A DNA stretch of 64,000 nt from the NCBI GenBank assembly GCA_964252035.1, contig OZ176200.1; one strand, 5' to 3'. This document shows, piece after piece, positions 36,930-48,699 of this stretch (position 1 is the first letter of the stretch; each line of letters starts with the position of its first letter). Both the position numbers and the translations under genes were made by a program. The notes below the pieces were generated by a model. That model searched no databases and was not told the DNA's origin. It saw only the letters and a list, made by a program, of their open reading frames with translations. This DNA is from Podarcis erhardii (Eukaryota).

Positions 36930-37500
36930 CATAGCTGTCAACTTACAGATTTGAAAATAAGGGACCAGCAGCCTTGAAAATAAGGGACCACCAGCCAAAA
37001 TAAGGAACCTGCAGCCTCACCTGTTCCAGGCACTCCAGTCTTCCTGTCCTCCTGCAGTCTGGTCAAACTCATGCTGGTAGCTTCGAGAACACTGTCCAAC
37101 CAACTTTGTAACCAGAGGTTCAACTAACTAGAATCTGAATCACATGCACCACAAGGCCTATGCAGCCTCAACTTAAGATGGCTCCGTGGCCTGGCTTTGC
37201 ACTGCAAAGTTTGCAGTAGCACATGCAACAAAATGGTGTCCAGCATTCAAAAAAAACCCTCAGCTTGCATTAACTAGCCACACACAAGGCATGCAAGCTC
37301 CACCCCCCAGTCGTTCTTAGAATTCTTATTGGGTGAGCAACACAGCCAAGCAACACAGTTGGAGCCTTCCTCTTCCCTGGCCGGCAGGGAGGGAGGGAGA
37401 GGAGCTGCTTCCTTTGAAATTTAAGGGACATCCATAAATAAGGGACATGGCACTGGAATAAGGGACTGTCCCTTCAAATAAGGGACACTTGATAGCTATG
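36930..37500. mobile_element. hAT-type element with passenger (includes Bov-B piece)
   Basis: TIRs CATAGCTGTCAA / TTGATAGCTATG; perfect TSD ACCTGTAC; AAATAAGGGA subterminal repeats. Confidence 0.88.
37028..37102 (-). mobile_element. Bov-B 3'-region fragment lacking tail, inside the hAT at 36930
   Basis: Reverse complement of the WLDSVLEATSMSLT...segment of the Bov-B copy at 27.5 kb. Confidence 0.8.
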
Positions 37501-37544
37501 ACCTGTACCCTCTTTAGGGAAAAGAGGGATCCCACTCTCCAATC

Positions 37545-38338
37545 CAGGGGTTAGCAAACTTTTTCAGCAGGGGGCCGGTCCACCGTCAATCAGACCTTGT
37601 GGGGCCAACTATATTTTTTTTTGGGGGGGAACGATTTTCGCCCGCCCACAAAGAGGCCTGAAGATGCTTCGCTTTACCTGTCCCAGTTGCTGTCCCAATA
37701 GCTGCAGTTGGGTTTCTCCAGCCAGCCAAGCGCCATGGCAGAGTAGGAGGCTGCGTTGGCTGGCGAAGGCAGAAGCAGCAGCCCCAGCAGAGGAGCCGCG
37801 GACGGAGGTAGGGGAACCAGAGCGTCGCGGAAGCTTTTACCCACCACCTGCTGCTACCGCTTCCCAAGGGGCAGTGTGAAGACAGAGCCTCCTGCCAACC
37901 CGCAAGCAGCGGCTGTGGCCACCGCAACAGCCTGCCTGAATGCCATGGGAGGAATGAAGGAGGGAGGGAGGGATGAAGAAAGCGTGTGAGGAAGCGGCGC
38001 AGAGAGGGAAGGAAGGGCAGACTGAGGGAGAGGAAGGAGGAGGAGGAGGAGGAAAATGCAGCAGCGGCCGGCAGCTGGCGTCACATGCCCCCTTCACAGC
38101 ACCGCCCTGCTGAGGCAGGCAGGCGGGTGAGCTGACTACCGCTATCGATGGCACCAGGCATGGGACAAGATTGCTTCATCCCTGAGGAGAAAAGCGCAGC
38201 CGTGTGAGGGAAAGAGAGGGAGAGGAAAAGAATATGTGCGCTGGCAATCCACTCTGCGATTCCTGTACCGTTCATGGGCCGGATCTAGAAGGCAATTGGG
38301 CCTGATCTGGCCCGTGGACCTTAGTTTGCTGACCCATG
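37545..38338. mobile_element. Non-autonomous hAT (Charlie-like termini) with passenger
   Basis: TIRs CAGGGGTTAGCAAACT / AGTTTGCTGACCCATG; degenerate 8-bp TSD CTCCAATC/GTCAAATC (6/8); GC-rich interior. Confidence 0.8.
37678..37946 (-). pseudogene. PGAM5: Captured PGAM5 exon 1 copy with donor site, one in-frame stop
   Basis: MAFRQAVAVATAAACGLAGGSV...GKR*...YWDSNWD-AG|GTAAAG; both ends match recalled PGAM5 (MAFRQALQLAACGLAGGS; WDPNWDR at exon 1 end, phase 2). Confidence 0.85.
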
Positions 38339-38382
38339 GTCAAATCCCATATAAAGGATCTATCTTTGAGTTCTATTTGACC

Positions 38383-38385
38383 TTT

Positions 38386-38429
<44 letters not shown>

Positions 38430-38470
38430 TCCTCCCTCCTTTCCTTCCTTCCTTCCTTCCCCCCCTCTCT
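38383..38470. repeat. (TTTC)n/(TTCC)n microsatellite
   Basis: Direct reading. Confidence 0.95.
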
Positions 38471-40273
38471 CCCTCTGTCTGCATGTGTGCATTTCCAGAC
38501 AACTCTGGCAGAGGAACTGTTCAGCTGCTGACTTAGGTCTCTAACAGCTCAATCAGTTCTACAAAGTTAAGTGTCTCTGCTATGAAGAGCCATTTAAAAT
38601 GCATCAATGGTACTTGTTGTGAGAGATCATTCTTAAGGACGTGCAATTTCAGTCCGGTGAGACAAGCACACTTATCTCTTTTCAAATGCATACAGCAATC
38701 TTCACCATCACCTTCATATGGAAACATTTGCTTCCAACGACACTGACTTTTAATGATCACAGCTATTATTATGCCTATATCTTCTGCGTGTGCAGAACTC
38801 AGGAAGTGCGCCTGAAAGCCAAGGCATCTTCTTATTGCGCAATGTCAGCATCAGGCACTTCCCTTTTGCCTTCAGCAATCCACACCTGTGAGGGGGAAGA
38901 ACCTGAACACAGAGCATTTCTTATACAGGAGCCGGAGGGAAACTTATTTTGTTTGCTCTTGTTCAGCTCCGTAATATCCTGATTTTAGAAAAGAACATCA
39001 TTATTGAGCACAGTAGATGCTAGCAATAATATTCTGTCTAGGACAAATAACTGCAGAGCACCATACTTGGCAAGAAAATAAAGAAAGATTTTCAAGTAAG
39101 AGGATCCATCAAGTTTGCAGGAGTACTAATACATCCCCTATGGTGGCCATTCATTGCACAGAAAATGTTCCAAATACAAGCTATTATAAAGTAGCTTTGT
39201 TCATTGCTCACCTGACTGGAAGCACACTTATCTCCTTTCAAATGTGTACAGCAATCTTCACCATCACTTCCAACAAATTATAAAACAGCAATAAAATATC
39301 AAACATTAAAAACGTACCTGTCTCTACCTATTCTGACAGAAACATAACCTTTTATACTCCTTTTGTTTGTTATTATGTTATGCAGTTTTTGTGTTTTTTT
39401 ATTATAAACTGGTCCTCACTATCTTAACAACAAACAGTTTAATAGGGTGTGATTCACCTAATGAGCCCTTGGCAAGGACTTCTGCTTCCCCAAATCTCCT
39501 CTTCTCAGGCACCCACCCAAATTGGCTTGGGGGGTTTCTGGAGAACCCCAGAACAGTGTTTGCTGTGGGCAGGGAGGGGAGGAGAGCATTTCAACTGGCT
39601 AGCTAAAACACTTCCACTGACAGAAGGATCAGAAGAGCATATTGCTGAATACAACTCACAGTCTTTGAGGGTTGGAGGGATAGTTGCATGATCTTATATT
39701 TAAAATGAAGGCCTTAGTTTCACAGTGAGGCTAACCACAAACGCAAAGGCAGGAGAGTCCTGGGATTCCCTCTTAATCAAGATAAAAGCGGCAAATGCAT
39801 GTGGGAATTCCCTTTGATGCAGCAGAATCAGCATTTAGGGAGACGGCACTAGAGCAAGGATAGCCAATGCTGTGGTCTGCAGATATTGCTGGACTCCCAC
39901 CAGCCCCGGCCAGCATGGTCACAGATGATGGGAATTGTTGTCCTAGCCTAGAGCATCTGTTGGATTCCACACTGGCTAACCCTGCGGAAGGATAGAGAAC
40001 ATTGAACACTTCCGCCACATCATGCACAAACAAACTCACGAGAGACAATTGTACTTTGATGTTCATGTACATTTCCTTTATTTTCCCCTGCCCAGGAAGC
40101 CACTTCTCTGATAACAATGCCAATTTTGAAAGGAGGGGGAAGTATAGAGCTCAGATCTGCTGCCAGTATCACAAGAGAGCCACTAATTGTTTTTAACTGT
40201 CTTTATTGATAATTTTAATATTTATCATAGTAGAGGTTTTACTACAATCATGCGGTATTATAAATGTTGGTTA

Positions 40274-40277
<4 letters not shown>

Positions 40278-40311
<34 letters not shown>
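40278..40311. repeat. (AT)n microsatellite
   Basis: Direct reading. Confidence 0.95.
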
Positions 40312-40313
<2 letters not shown>

Positions 40314-40512
40314 AAACCAGTAAGAAATACAGTACTGTATGAAGTAAAATAAAAGAGAGAGGGGGAAAAACTGCACAAAATAACTGGATTGTTATTTTAA
40401 CTTCATAAGGAAGTTCTGAAAATTCAGTAACAATAAAAACCTGGAAAACCACCTTATACTGTCGGAGAGCATGAAAACTGTTCCAGACTTCTGCTGTTAG
40501 CTAGGAAAGGTA

Positions 40513-40749
40513 CAGTGGTACCTTGGTTTGCAACCGTTTTGGATTACAACCATTTTGGATTACAACCACATCAGACCCTGAAGTGTGTGTCTCTTTTTTT
40601 TGATTACAACCCATTTTTATTTTGGATTACAACCCTTTTTTTGGGGGGGGGGAGGCCCCATTGGTGAAAGCGCGCCTTGGGTTACAACCTGTTTTGGTTT
40701 ACAACCAGACCTCCAGAATGGGTTATGGTTGTAAACCAAGGTATCACTG
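40513..40749. mobile_element. Tc1/mariner MITE
   Basis: CAGTGGTACCTTGGTTT / AAACCAAGGTATCACTG, TA flanks, GATTACAACC repeats. Confidence 0.85.
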
Positions 40750-41802
40750 TACTGAACTTTAGCAGAAGCACATCCCTAGGGACAGTAATGGGCTGGATGA
40801 ATAAATGGAAGCTTAAACAAGATACATGCACTCCCAGTCAGAAAGGACGCAGACTCTGGAATAGGGATTCAGCCTGTTTTGGATGGGATAGTACTCACCT
40901 TGAAGAATCAGACTCACAGTCTGGGCACCCTCCTGGGTTCTGCCTTGCACCAGGATTTGCCAGGAGAATTTATGCCTAATTTAGGCTGGTGCACCAGCTA
41001 TGCACATGCCTGAGGAAGTATAGCAACACATGTCTTACACCTAGATTTACTCGCCACTGTTACTTTCCACTGGTTAGTGATTCCTTTATGCTAGCAAGCG
41101 TTTAGCCTTTAAAGTAGATCACGGGCGGGGAACCTGTTTGGCTCCACAGGTCAGATCCTTATCAGGATTGGTCTCTCAAACCAAATCTGAGAGGTGAGTG
41201 GCCTGCCTGTAAATCATCTGATATCACAACGGCATCATGTTATTTGGTGTTTTGAAGTCCCAAAGTTGGAACATCAAAGCACACCAATAAAGTGGGGGGG
41301 GGCGTGTTTAGTTTTAGCAGGAGTTTTGATTCAACCCCCTTCCTGATCATAGGGGTTTCAATACAAAGTGATTTGTTCAGGCAAACTGACCAGAATTTAA
41401 CACCAACACCACCCTGCTGATCAGCTGATGAACTAAGTGTACCATCCTGTTGCATTATCTGTGAACACCAGTTCTCTGCAGGGAACTAGTGCACACCACC
41501 AATGAAGAACTGAACACCACCAGCCCTGCCCACCAGCTGGCACCTACCGATCAGTGTGATGTCAGCTGATTGGCAGGGGAACTAGAACCCCAGATGGGCC
41601 AATGGCAAGTAGCAATTTGGGTTTGCTCTGGAATGGATTGATATTTGCTCCGATTTACAGCTAAAGAGCAGGTTTTCCCTGAGAATGGAGAAAACTACTT
41701 GGACCTGTGCCTAGAAAGAGTGAGTCAAATGGAAAACCATGTGGGCCTGTCCTTTCTGGGCATGGGGCAAGCAAAAACATGGATGAGCGCTCTCAAGATC
41801 AG

Positions 41803-42256
41803 ATGATAATGATAATGATAAGAATTTATTATTTATACTCCGCCCATCCGGCTGGGTTTCCCCAGCCACTCTGGGCGGCTTCCAACAAAATATTAAAATA
41901 CAGTGGTTTTTTAAACATGAAAAGCTTCCCTAAACAGGGCTGCCTTCAGATGTCTTCTCAAAGTCTGGTAGTTGTTCTTCTCTTTGACATCTGATGGGAG
42001 GGCATTCCACAGGGCAGGTGCCACTACCGAGAAGGCCCTCTGCCTGGTTCCCTGTAACTTGGCTTCTCGCAGCGAGGGAACCACCAGAAGGCCTTCGGTG
42101 CTGGACCTCAGTGTCCGGGCAGAACAATGGGGGTGGAGACGCTCCTTCAGGGCCGAGGCCGTTTAGGGCTTTAAAGGTCAGCACCAACACTTTGAATTGT
42201 GCTCAGAACATACTGGGAGCCAATGTCGATCTTTCCAGACCGGTGTTATGTGGTCT
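41803..42256 (-). mobile_element. L2 LINE 3' fragment
   Basis: FKVLVLTFKALNGLGP RT C-terminus and GAAGCCGCCCAGAGTGGCTGGGG tail with microsatellite end. Confidence 0.85.
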
Positions 42257-43149
42257 TATGTAGAGGAAAGGACTACCTCCTTTCCTCTAGCCCCCAGCAT
42301 CTCTTTGTCTCTGACCTTATACTATTGAACAAGATGGAAATAGTTGGTATTATTTAATTTGGTGGTCCTCAAACCCTGTTTGGCCATGGACCACTGCTAA
42401 GAATATTGGTGGACCACTCAATGATTCTTCTGTGTATTGTAGCAATTACAATGGTGATAGATGCTGTATGATTTGTAATTTTATTTTTGATCGCTTCTTT
42501 CATTTCCGTATGTTGGACAAGGTTCAACGTACTTTGTCCCTTCTGTGCCCCCACCCACTAATTTATTTATTTTGATGGTGTTGCCATTGCAATGACATGA
42601 CAACTTGCTCAATTGATCTGAAAGAGGCACCAGGACACATAGTGGCTGCTTTGGTGGCGAATGCACAAGGATTAATACAAAAAAGGCCCCCCATTAAATG
42701 TGCTTTTAATGGAAGGTGTGGGTGTGACCAGAGATCCTTGTAGAGATCAAGTGAGCACTGACAACAGGGCGACTTTCCCAAAGACCTTCCTTTTTACCCT
42801 GGCATTTCCTGATTGTAGATATTGAAGTTTTATTTTAGTTGTGGCTGTTGCAGCTGAACCGCTGTAGTTGAATCACTTTGAGATTCATACATTTATAAAT
42901 GAAAAGCTGTATCTAAGTTTTGAAAGACACAATCGGAATTCTATAAACTTCAACCTGCAACACAATATAAGAAACACAAATGCAATAGAAAATCAGTACA
43001 AATATTAAAAGGCAACGGATGCACCATCTCCTATTTTCAGCCACAGATACACTATGAAGGATCTGAGTCAAGCCTGTGGACAGCTGGTGATCTGTGGATC
43101 ACAACTTGGGAACCCGTGGCTTAATGCATACCTGAATATTTTGCCACCT

Positions 43150-44720
43150 ACCTGGTTACCAAAGACAGCGATGGAGCAGGCACTGGAGACCTCCCGGGAC
43201 CCAAACCAGACGGAAGCGATGTGGGACGGCATGCCCAGGATGAAGACTTGGGCCAGCGAGCAGACGACCTGTCCCAGGACGGTGACGGGGAAGAGGTTTG
43301 GCTTCGTGCTGCCCGTCTTCACCCAGGCGCCCACGCAGTTGAGAGCGGAGCCCGCCAGGGCGATGAGGCGCAGCCCCTTCTTGTCGAGCAGCCAGGCGAC
43401 CGGGAAGAGCAGCGGGATGTAGACGAGCATGTAGCACATGGAGAGCCAGTCGATGGCGAAAGGGGTCACGCCGTAGAAGCGCGCGAAGACCACGCTGATG
43501 CTGCCGTACTGGATCCACTGGAAAGCGTTGCAGAACGAATAGGCGCTGAAGAGGAACACGATTGCCCAGCGGCGCCGCGTCAGGCGCACCTCCGGCACCG
43601 ACCCCGGCGCCGACCCGTTGGGCGTCTCGGCGTCCGCCGGCTCGGGCTTCGACTCTTGCAGCAGGTCGGGCTCGGCTCGGTACCCCGTCCGCTTCTCTCC
43701 CAGCTCCGGCTCCCCGCTCACCATAGCGGCCGAGGAAGTGCGCGCTGAGCGACAAGTTCCTCCTCCGACGGCGGGACACCAGCGCGGGCTCGGGGACCCC
43801 TCGCTCTTCCCTCAGCCAGCAGCCCCGGTGCCGCGAGCGCCCCCCGCGCGCCCGCCTCGCCTCGCCGGACTTTCCTCCTCTTGCGCTCACCTTTCGCGGC
43901 TCATGTTGCCAGCTCAAGGTTTGCCTCCGCGGCGCACGTCACCACGCCCCGCCCGCCGAGGCGCGTCAGCCAGAAACCACCGCCCCCCCCCCCGGCCCGC
44001 GTTGGAAGGAGCTACCTGGACGCCCACCACCACGCCCCTCCGGGCGCGGATTGGCTGCCTGCCCCCCGCCCCTCTGCGCTGCTTCCTGCTCTTGCTATGG
44101 CAACTCTCTCCGTCCCGCGAAAAAGCCCCGGGAGGGGCGCAGAAAGTGGCGCAGGCGCGCGCCCCCCGACGGTCCCGTCCGGGAGTCTGCAGCCGCGCGG
44201 CGCCGTTAGCCGTGCGCCCTGCGCAGCCTCCGGGAAAGCGGGGTGGGGGTGGGCCTGCCGAGCTCTTCTCCCGCCTTCCGCTCGCACCTTTTCGGCGGCC
44301 TCACGAGCTCCCGCTTCGTTTTGCTCTGAGGGCGGGAGCGCGGGAAGGACCTGACAAAATTCTTCCGGCGGCGCGTCGACCGAGAGGAACGTGGCTCGAA
44401 AGACCGCCAGTCATCCGGTCCTAGTCATTAGCTTGGGGAAGAGGGGGGCGACGTCCCGGTTCGCGGGCTGCCAGGCTGAGGGTGCGCACACCGACCAGGT
44501 CGGGTCCCCCCCCCCCTCAATTCGGATTGGAAAGTAAACGGGGAGGGTGCGCGCAGCCTGCCGGTAAAATCGGGGGCTGAAGCTGCTTCCTAGTTCCTGG
44601 TTCGCTGCCCGAGGCAAAAGCGACTTGATAAAAGAGCGGGGAACCAACTCTCTGTCCATAGCACAACGGGGCTTGCAGGTCAGTGGCCGAAGTCCCGGGT
44701 CGCAAATGACCTCCGAGAAA
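43150..44720. promoter_or_regulatory. FLVCR2 CpG island / promoter
   Basis: Very GC- and CpG-rich over exon 1 and upstream; GC/KLF boxes at 43942-43954 and 44030-44038, CCAAT (minus) 44050-44054, NRF1-like GCGCAGGCGC 44149-44158. Confidence 0.85.
43152..43724 (-). CDS. FLVCR2: FLVCR2 (MFSD7C) coding exon 1, 191 codons
   Basis: ORF MVSGEP...[27 protein letters not shown]...VFGNQ matches the FLVCR family N-half; ends at CAG|GTAGGT donor (phase 0); inside CpG island. Confidence 0.96.
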
Positions 44721-47700
44721 GCAGCAGATGTTGGGGGCAGATCCAAAGCTAGGGGCCCAGAGAGGATGGCGCAGACTCCTGCACATCCTTCCTTCTCAAC
44801 TCTTTTTTAAGTGAGAAGGTAGCTGGCTGTGCATGGTAACAGATGCTCATTGCATTATTTTTAGTTTTAAAATATATTATCCCTTTATAGAACAATGTGG
44901 TGCTGATTCCCAAGTTATTACATTTCACATCAGGACAGCAGAAACAAACTCTTGTTCTTGTGGTGCTCTGAAGGGAGTGAATACAGAATGAAAAACAGCA
45001 CATGCTGAGAGTATTTATTTACCTTTAACCAGGGCTGGCAAACTGTTATCTGTTTGTTTTTTGCTGTAACATATCAAGAAAGAAGCATTTGTAAAGCATG
45101 AGGAGGAGGCGGAGAAGAGAAATACTCTCTGTGAAGTGATAAACATGGCTATTTTAAAGCCCCACCCATATCCCCCACCCACCTTAAGTCCAGAGTCTAA
45201 AATTCCCTAGTGGCACCACTGCAGTAAGTTAAGCACTGAAAAGAAAGTCTATTAATACAGCTTTTCAGCAGTATAAAGCAGAACATTGTAGTGCAATGGT
45301 AGAAAGATCCTTCTGACCTCAGTTGAAGTCGGTAGCACTTGCTCTTTTTGCAAAAGCTCATTATATCACAGAACAGAGTTTCATAAAACTGAGTGAAATG
45401 CTATACAAGCACCTTCAGTTGGGGGAACAGGGCTCTGTACAAAGAGAGTAGCAGCAGCCGACAAGTCAATAACGGATTCAGCAGAGAACTGGGTCAGCTC
45501 CCACTGCAAAACATAACACTTGGCTCCTGATGCAAACAAAAGAGCATGTTCTCCCGCTCTTGTGATGGGGAGGGGGAGGAGAGGCATCAAATCCAGCTGC
45601 AGACATTTTCGGCATCTTTTACATTGTAGTCCTAAGCATATTTACTTGGAAGCAAGTGTCATTGATCTCAGTGGAACTTAATACACAATCTAGGAAGTAA
45701 GGGTTGCAGCCTTGTAAGCTCAAACTGAATCCAGAGAAGATGGCGGTACGGTTAGTAGGTGGTTCATCAGCCCTGATAAATTGTATTGAGTTTGTTCTAG
45801 TAAGGGGTACATAAAATATGAATAAGGTACATATTCTGGGCACTTCCAGACTGTCTCCCCCCCCCCGCCAGGTGAGATTCAATTGCATCTTGGCAAACTC
45901 TCACTGCACAATTAAAGCTGGTTTGGGAGCGCTTGCAAAACAAACCCACTTCCCCAAAAGATCAGATTTATATTGAAAAGGAAAGTGAACAGAAAATGCA
46001 CTGGAAGGTGTGGGATAACACATCATCCAGTCTCTACTCAAATAAATCAGGAGAAATGCTCATTAGACAGCTGACACATAATCATATCTCTCTGCAAACA
46101 AATCAGGCTGAATGCTAATTAAACAGGTAATCTGGAAGCAAACTTTGTCGTTGGAGACATAGATTGCTTCTCTAACATAGAGTGCTATCCACTTGATTAG
46201 CCTGGACTAGGGGGGCTAAGCTAGTCCTGGTTTTGGGAGGGAGGCAGCAGGGTTCCATCATTCTGTCTGAGGCCTGGTGAAGGGAAGAGTGTTGTGTATG
46301 CAACATTCCCTCTCCTCTCCTCCATCGCCCTCGCAAGCTGGTGTCTCTGGTCCTAACTGTTCCCCTATGCAGCATTTCACCGCACTCCACTGTAGAATAG
46401 CATTTGTGATTATTAGGTAGCTGGTTCTGCAAGAAGTTAAGGATTAAAAACATATAAATTCAGAGTTGATAAGCCGGCTACGGACACTAAAAACCATTAA
46501 CTAATGTCAATGGCATTAGTTTGATGCATTCCCTGTTTATGGCTCATTTATGGGCTAGAACTAATTTGGAAAGGCATTTTACTAGCTGTAATGGATAAAC
46601 ATCATGAGGAATAGGCTCTGCAGGTAAGAAAGGTCAATTACCTTTCCAGTATTAAACAGGCAGTTCAAACTTCATCTGGCATGCAAGCACAATAATAGCA
46701 TATGAACGATTTATGAGCTAGGCAGGTTTAACATGTTCTACTGTAACAAGTCTATAAAATGGTTTTGCATGCATCTTGGGTTGGTTTGCATGCATCTTGG
46801 CAGAAGGTGTTGCATCTTGGAACTGAAGACTAGGGTAGCATATTATAAATGCAAAATTCTAGGCCTGGTTCTTTGTGTGATTTACCTTAGAGAGATTAGA
46901 CCCCTGTTTCTAGTTGTAGTTTCATGACTGGAAAACTCATTACTTAATCCCTGTTGTGTGGAATCTTGGGTCACCCATGGCTAACTCCCTAGTCCAGTGG
47001 TTCAGAACCTGCAGCCTGAATGTCGCGCATGGAGGGAATGCAGGGGAGCCAAAATGGATAGAGTGATGGGAGGAGATGTGGGTTAAAGCCTTCTACAACT
47101 GTTTGATTCAGGCCTCTGGCAAGAGTGGCCTGTCCCTTCCCCCCCCTCCCCGAAGCCCATTGGGTAGGGAGAGACTGTGTCAAGCGATGGCCCCACTCAC
47201 TTTTGTCTCCAGCCATCCCTATTATTGGCTTTGTTGGGATGCAAGGTTGAGTCTTATGCAACAAACCCACTTTTCCCACTTTTTGCAATAAGGAAAGTGA
47301 TGAGGAAACACACTGGAGAGTGTCTGACCTCCCCTCAAAGAAATCAGAATCTAGCCAATGTTGTGTAACCTCTGAGTAAAAAAATCAGGCAGAATGCTCA
47401 ATAGCATGTCCAGTGACCATCATAGCTTGGCCACAAACATCATTTCCTGTTTCCTGTGCTTTCACTAGCTTTTCTAAACTAGGATATTATTCAGTTTTCA
47501 TGTCCGATGTTTGAACTTAAATTCACTTCTTATGACTTTAAGGACAAATAACATACTCAAGAGCCAAGAAAACACATTGTAGGCCCCTGCAGCGTAGATT
47601 CACCTCACTCTTGACCTGTAGCTAAACCAGATGAGCCCTACACAGCTGCGCTCATGCCGTTCCTTCTCCCCCTTGTGCTTTCAAGTTAAGTGGACAGACA

Positions 47701-48520
47701 TTTATTATTATTTTCATGCCCTAAATTGCACTGTGTTCTACACACAGGAAAGGGTCATATACCGAAGGCTTGCAGCTTGAGTGCATCAGCAACACTGTGC
47801 ACGTACCCAGTGTTTTCCAGCCATATACTCCAGGGCACCCTGTGCCCAGACAGATATAAAATGACAGGTGGGCATGAGGAGAGAATGCAACAAGTCAATG
47901 GCACTCTTTCTGCTCCAGAGGACTGGCACAAACAAAACTCACTTGTGCTTCCCTGGGTAGCAGACCTTATAATCAGGATCTTCTGTGCAAGTAAACAAAA
48001 TATTGCCTCTAAGGCCCACAAATGAAGAAAAAGCATGAACTTCTTTCCTCACTACCATCTCAAGGCCAAAAGGACTCTCAGCTCAGCCTGCAAGGGCATT
48101 GCCATGAGAGAGAGAAAGGAGGTGAGATTGTAGATTGTGCTAGAGAATGCTTATGCAAACATATTTCCCTGTTATCTGTGTTGGTTTCCCAGATCTTGTG
48201 AGGTTTGCTGAAGCTGTTTGGAAGAAATATTAGAACAGAGCAAGCAGCATTATGAACTGTAAGCTGCTCATCCAGGCACTCCTCTAGAGTAAAGACACAA
48301 AGTGTTTGTACTGGAAACTTAAGGACACTCTTCCCCAGCCTGATGCCCTCCAGCAGAGGCACCAACTCCTAGGATTGAGTCATTTGGGCGCCCCCAATAT
48401 TTGGGATGAGGCAGTGCCCCTGATGTCCGAAAAAACAGGGTGGAGGCGGCCAAGTGCAGAGGCAAGTGTGGCGTGGCTTCAGTGGCTGGCTTCTCCAACC
48501 ACACATTTCTTACTCCTGCT

Positions 48521-48699
48521 CATAGCGGTCAACTTTCAGATTTGAAAATAAGGGATCAGCAGCCTTGAAAATAAGGGATCAGCAGCCTCGCCTGTCCCGG
48601 GGACAGTCTCCAGGATATCTAACAATCCAGGATAGCAGTGGGAAACGGCGCTGGAATAAGGGAATTTCCCGCAAAAAAAAGGGAAGGTTGACAGCTATG
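48521..48699. mobile_element. Same hAT family as 36930, short copy
   Basis: CATAGCGGTCAAC / GTTGACAGCTATG TIRs; perfect TSD CTCCTGCT; shares left about 70 bp with the 36930 copy. Confidence 0.9.

Noticed and set aside
15046-37946. Idea that GNAL or PGAM5 are genuine genes here
   Set aside because: Only exon-1 pieces exist, each enclosed by TIRs and TSDs; no downstream exons were found; the PGAM5 copy has a stop.
43156-44424. Long ORFs over the CpG island (43221-43748 +, 43618-44424 +, 43156-43917 -, 43881-44354 +)
   Set aside because: Shadow frames of a GC-rich exon and promoter, low-complexity Arg/Pro/Ala/Gly content, no recognisable domain.
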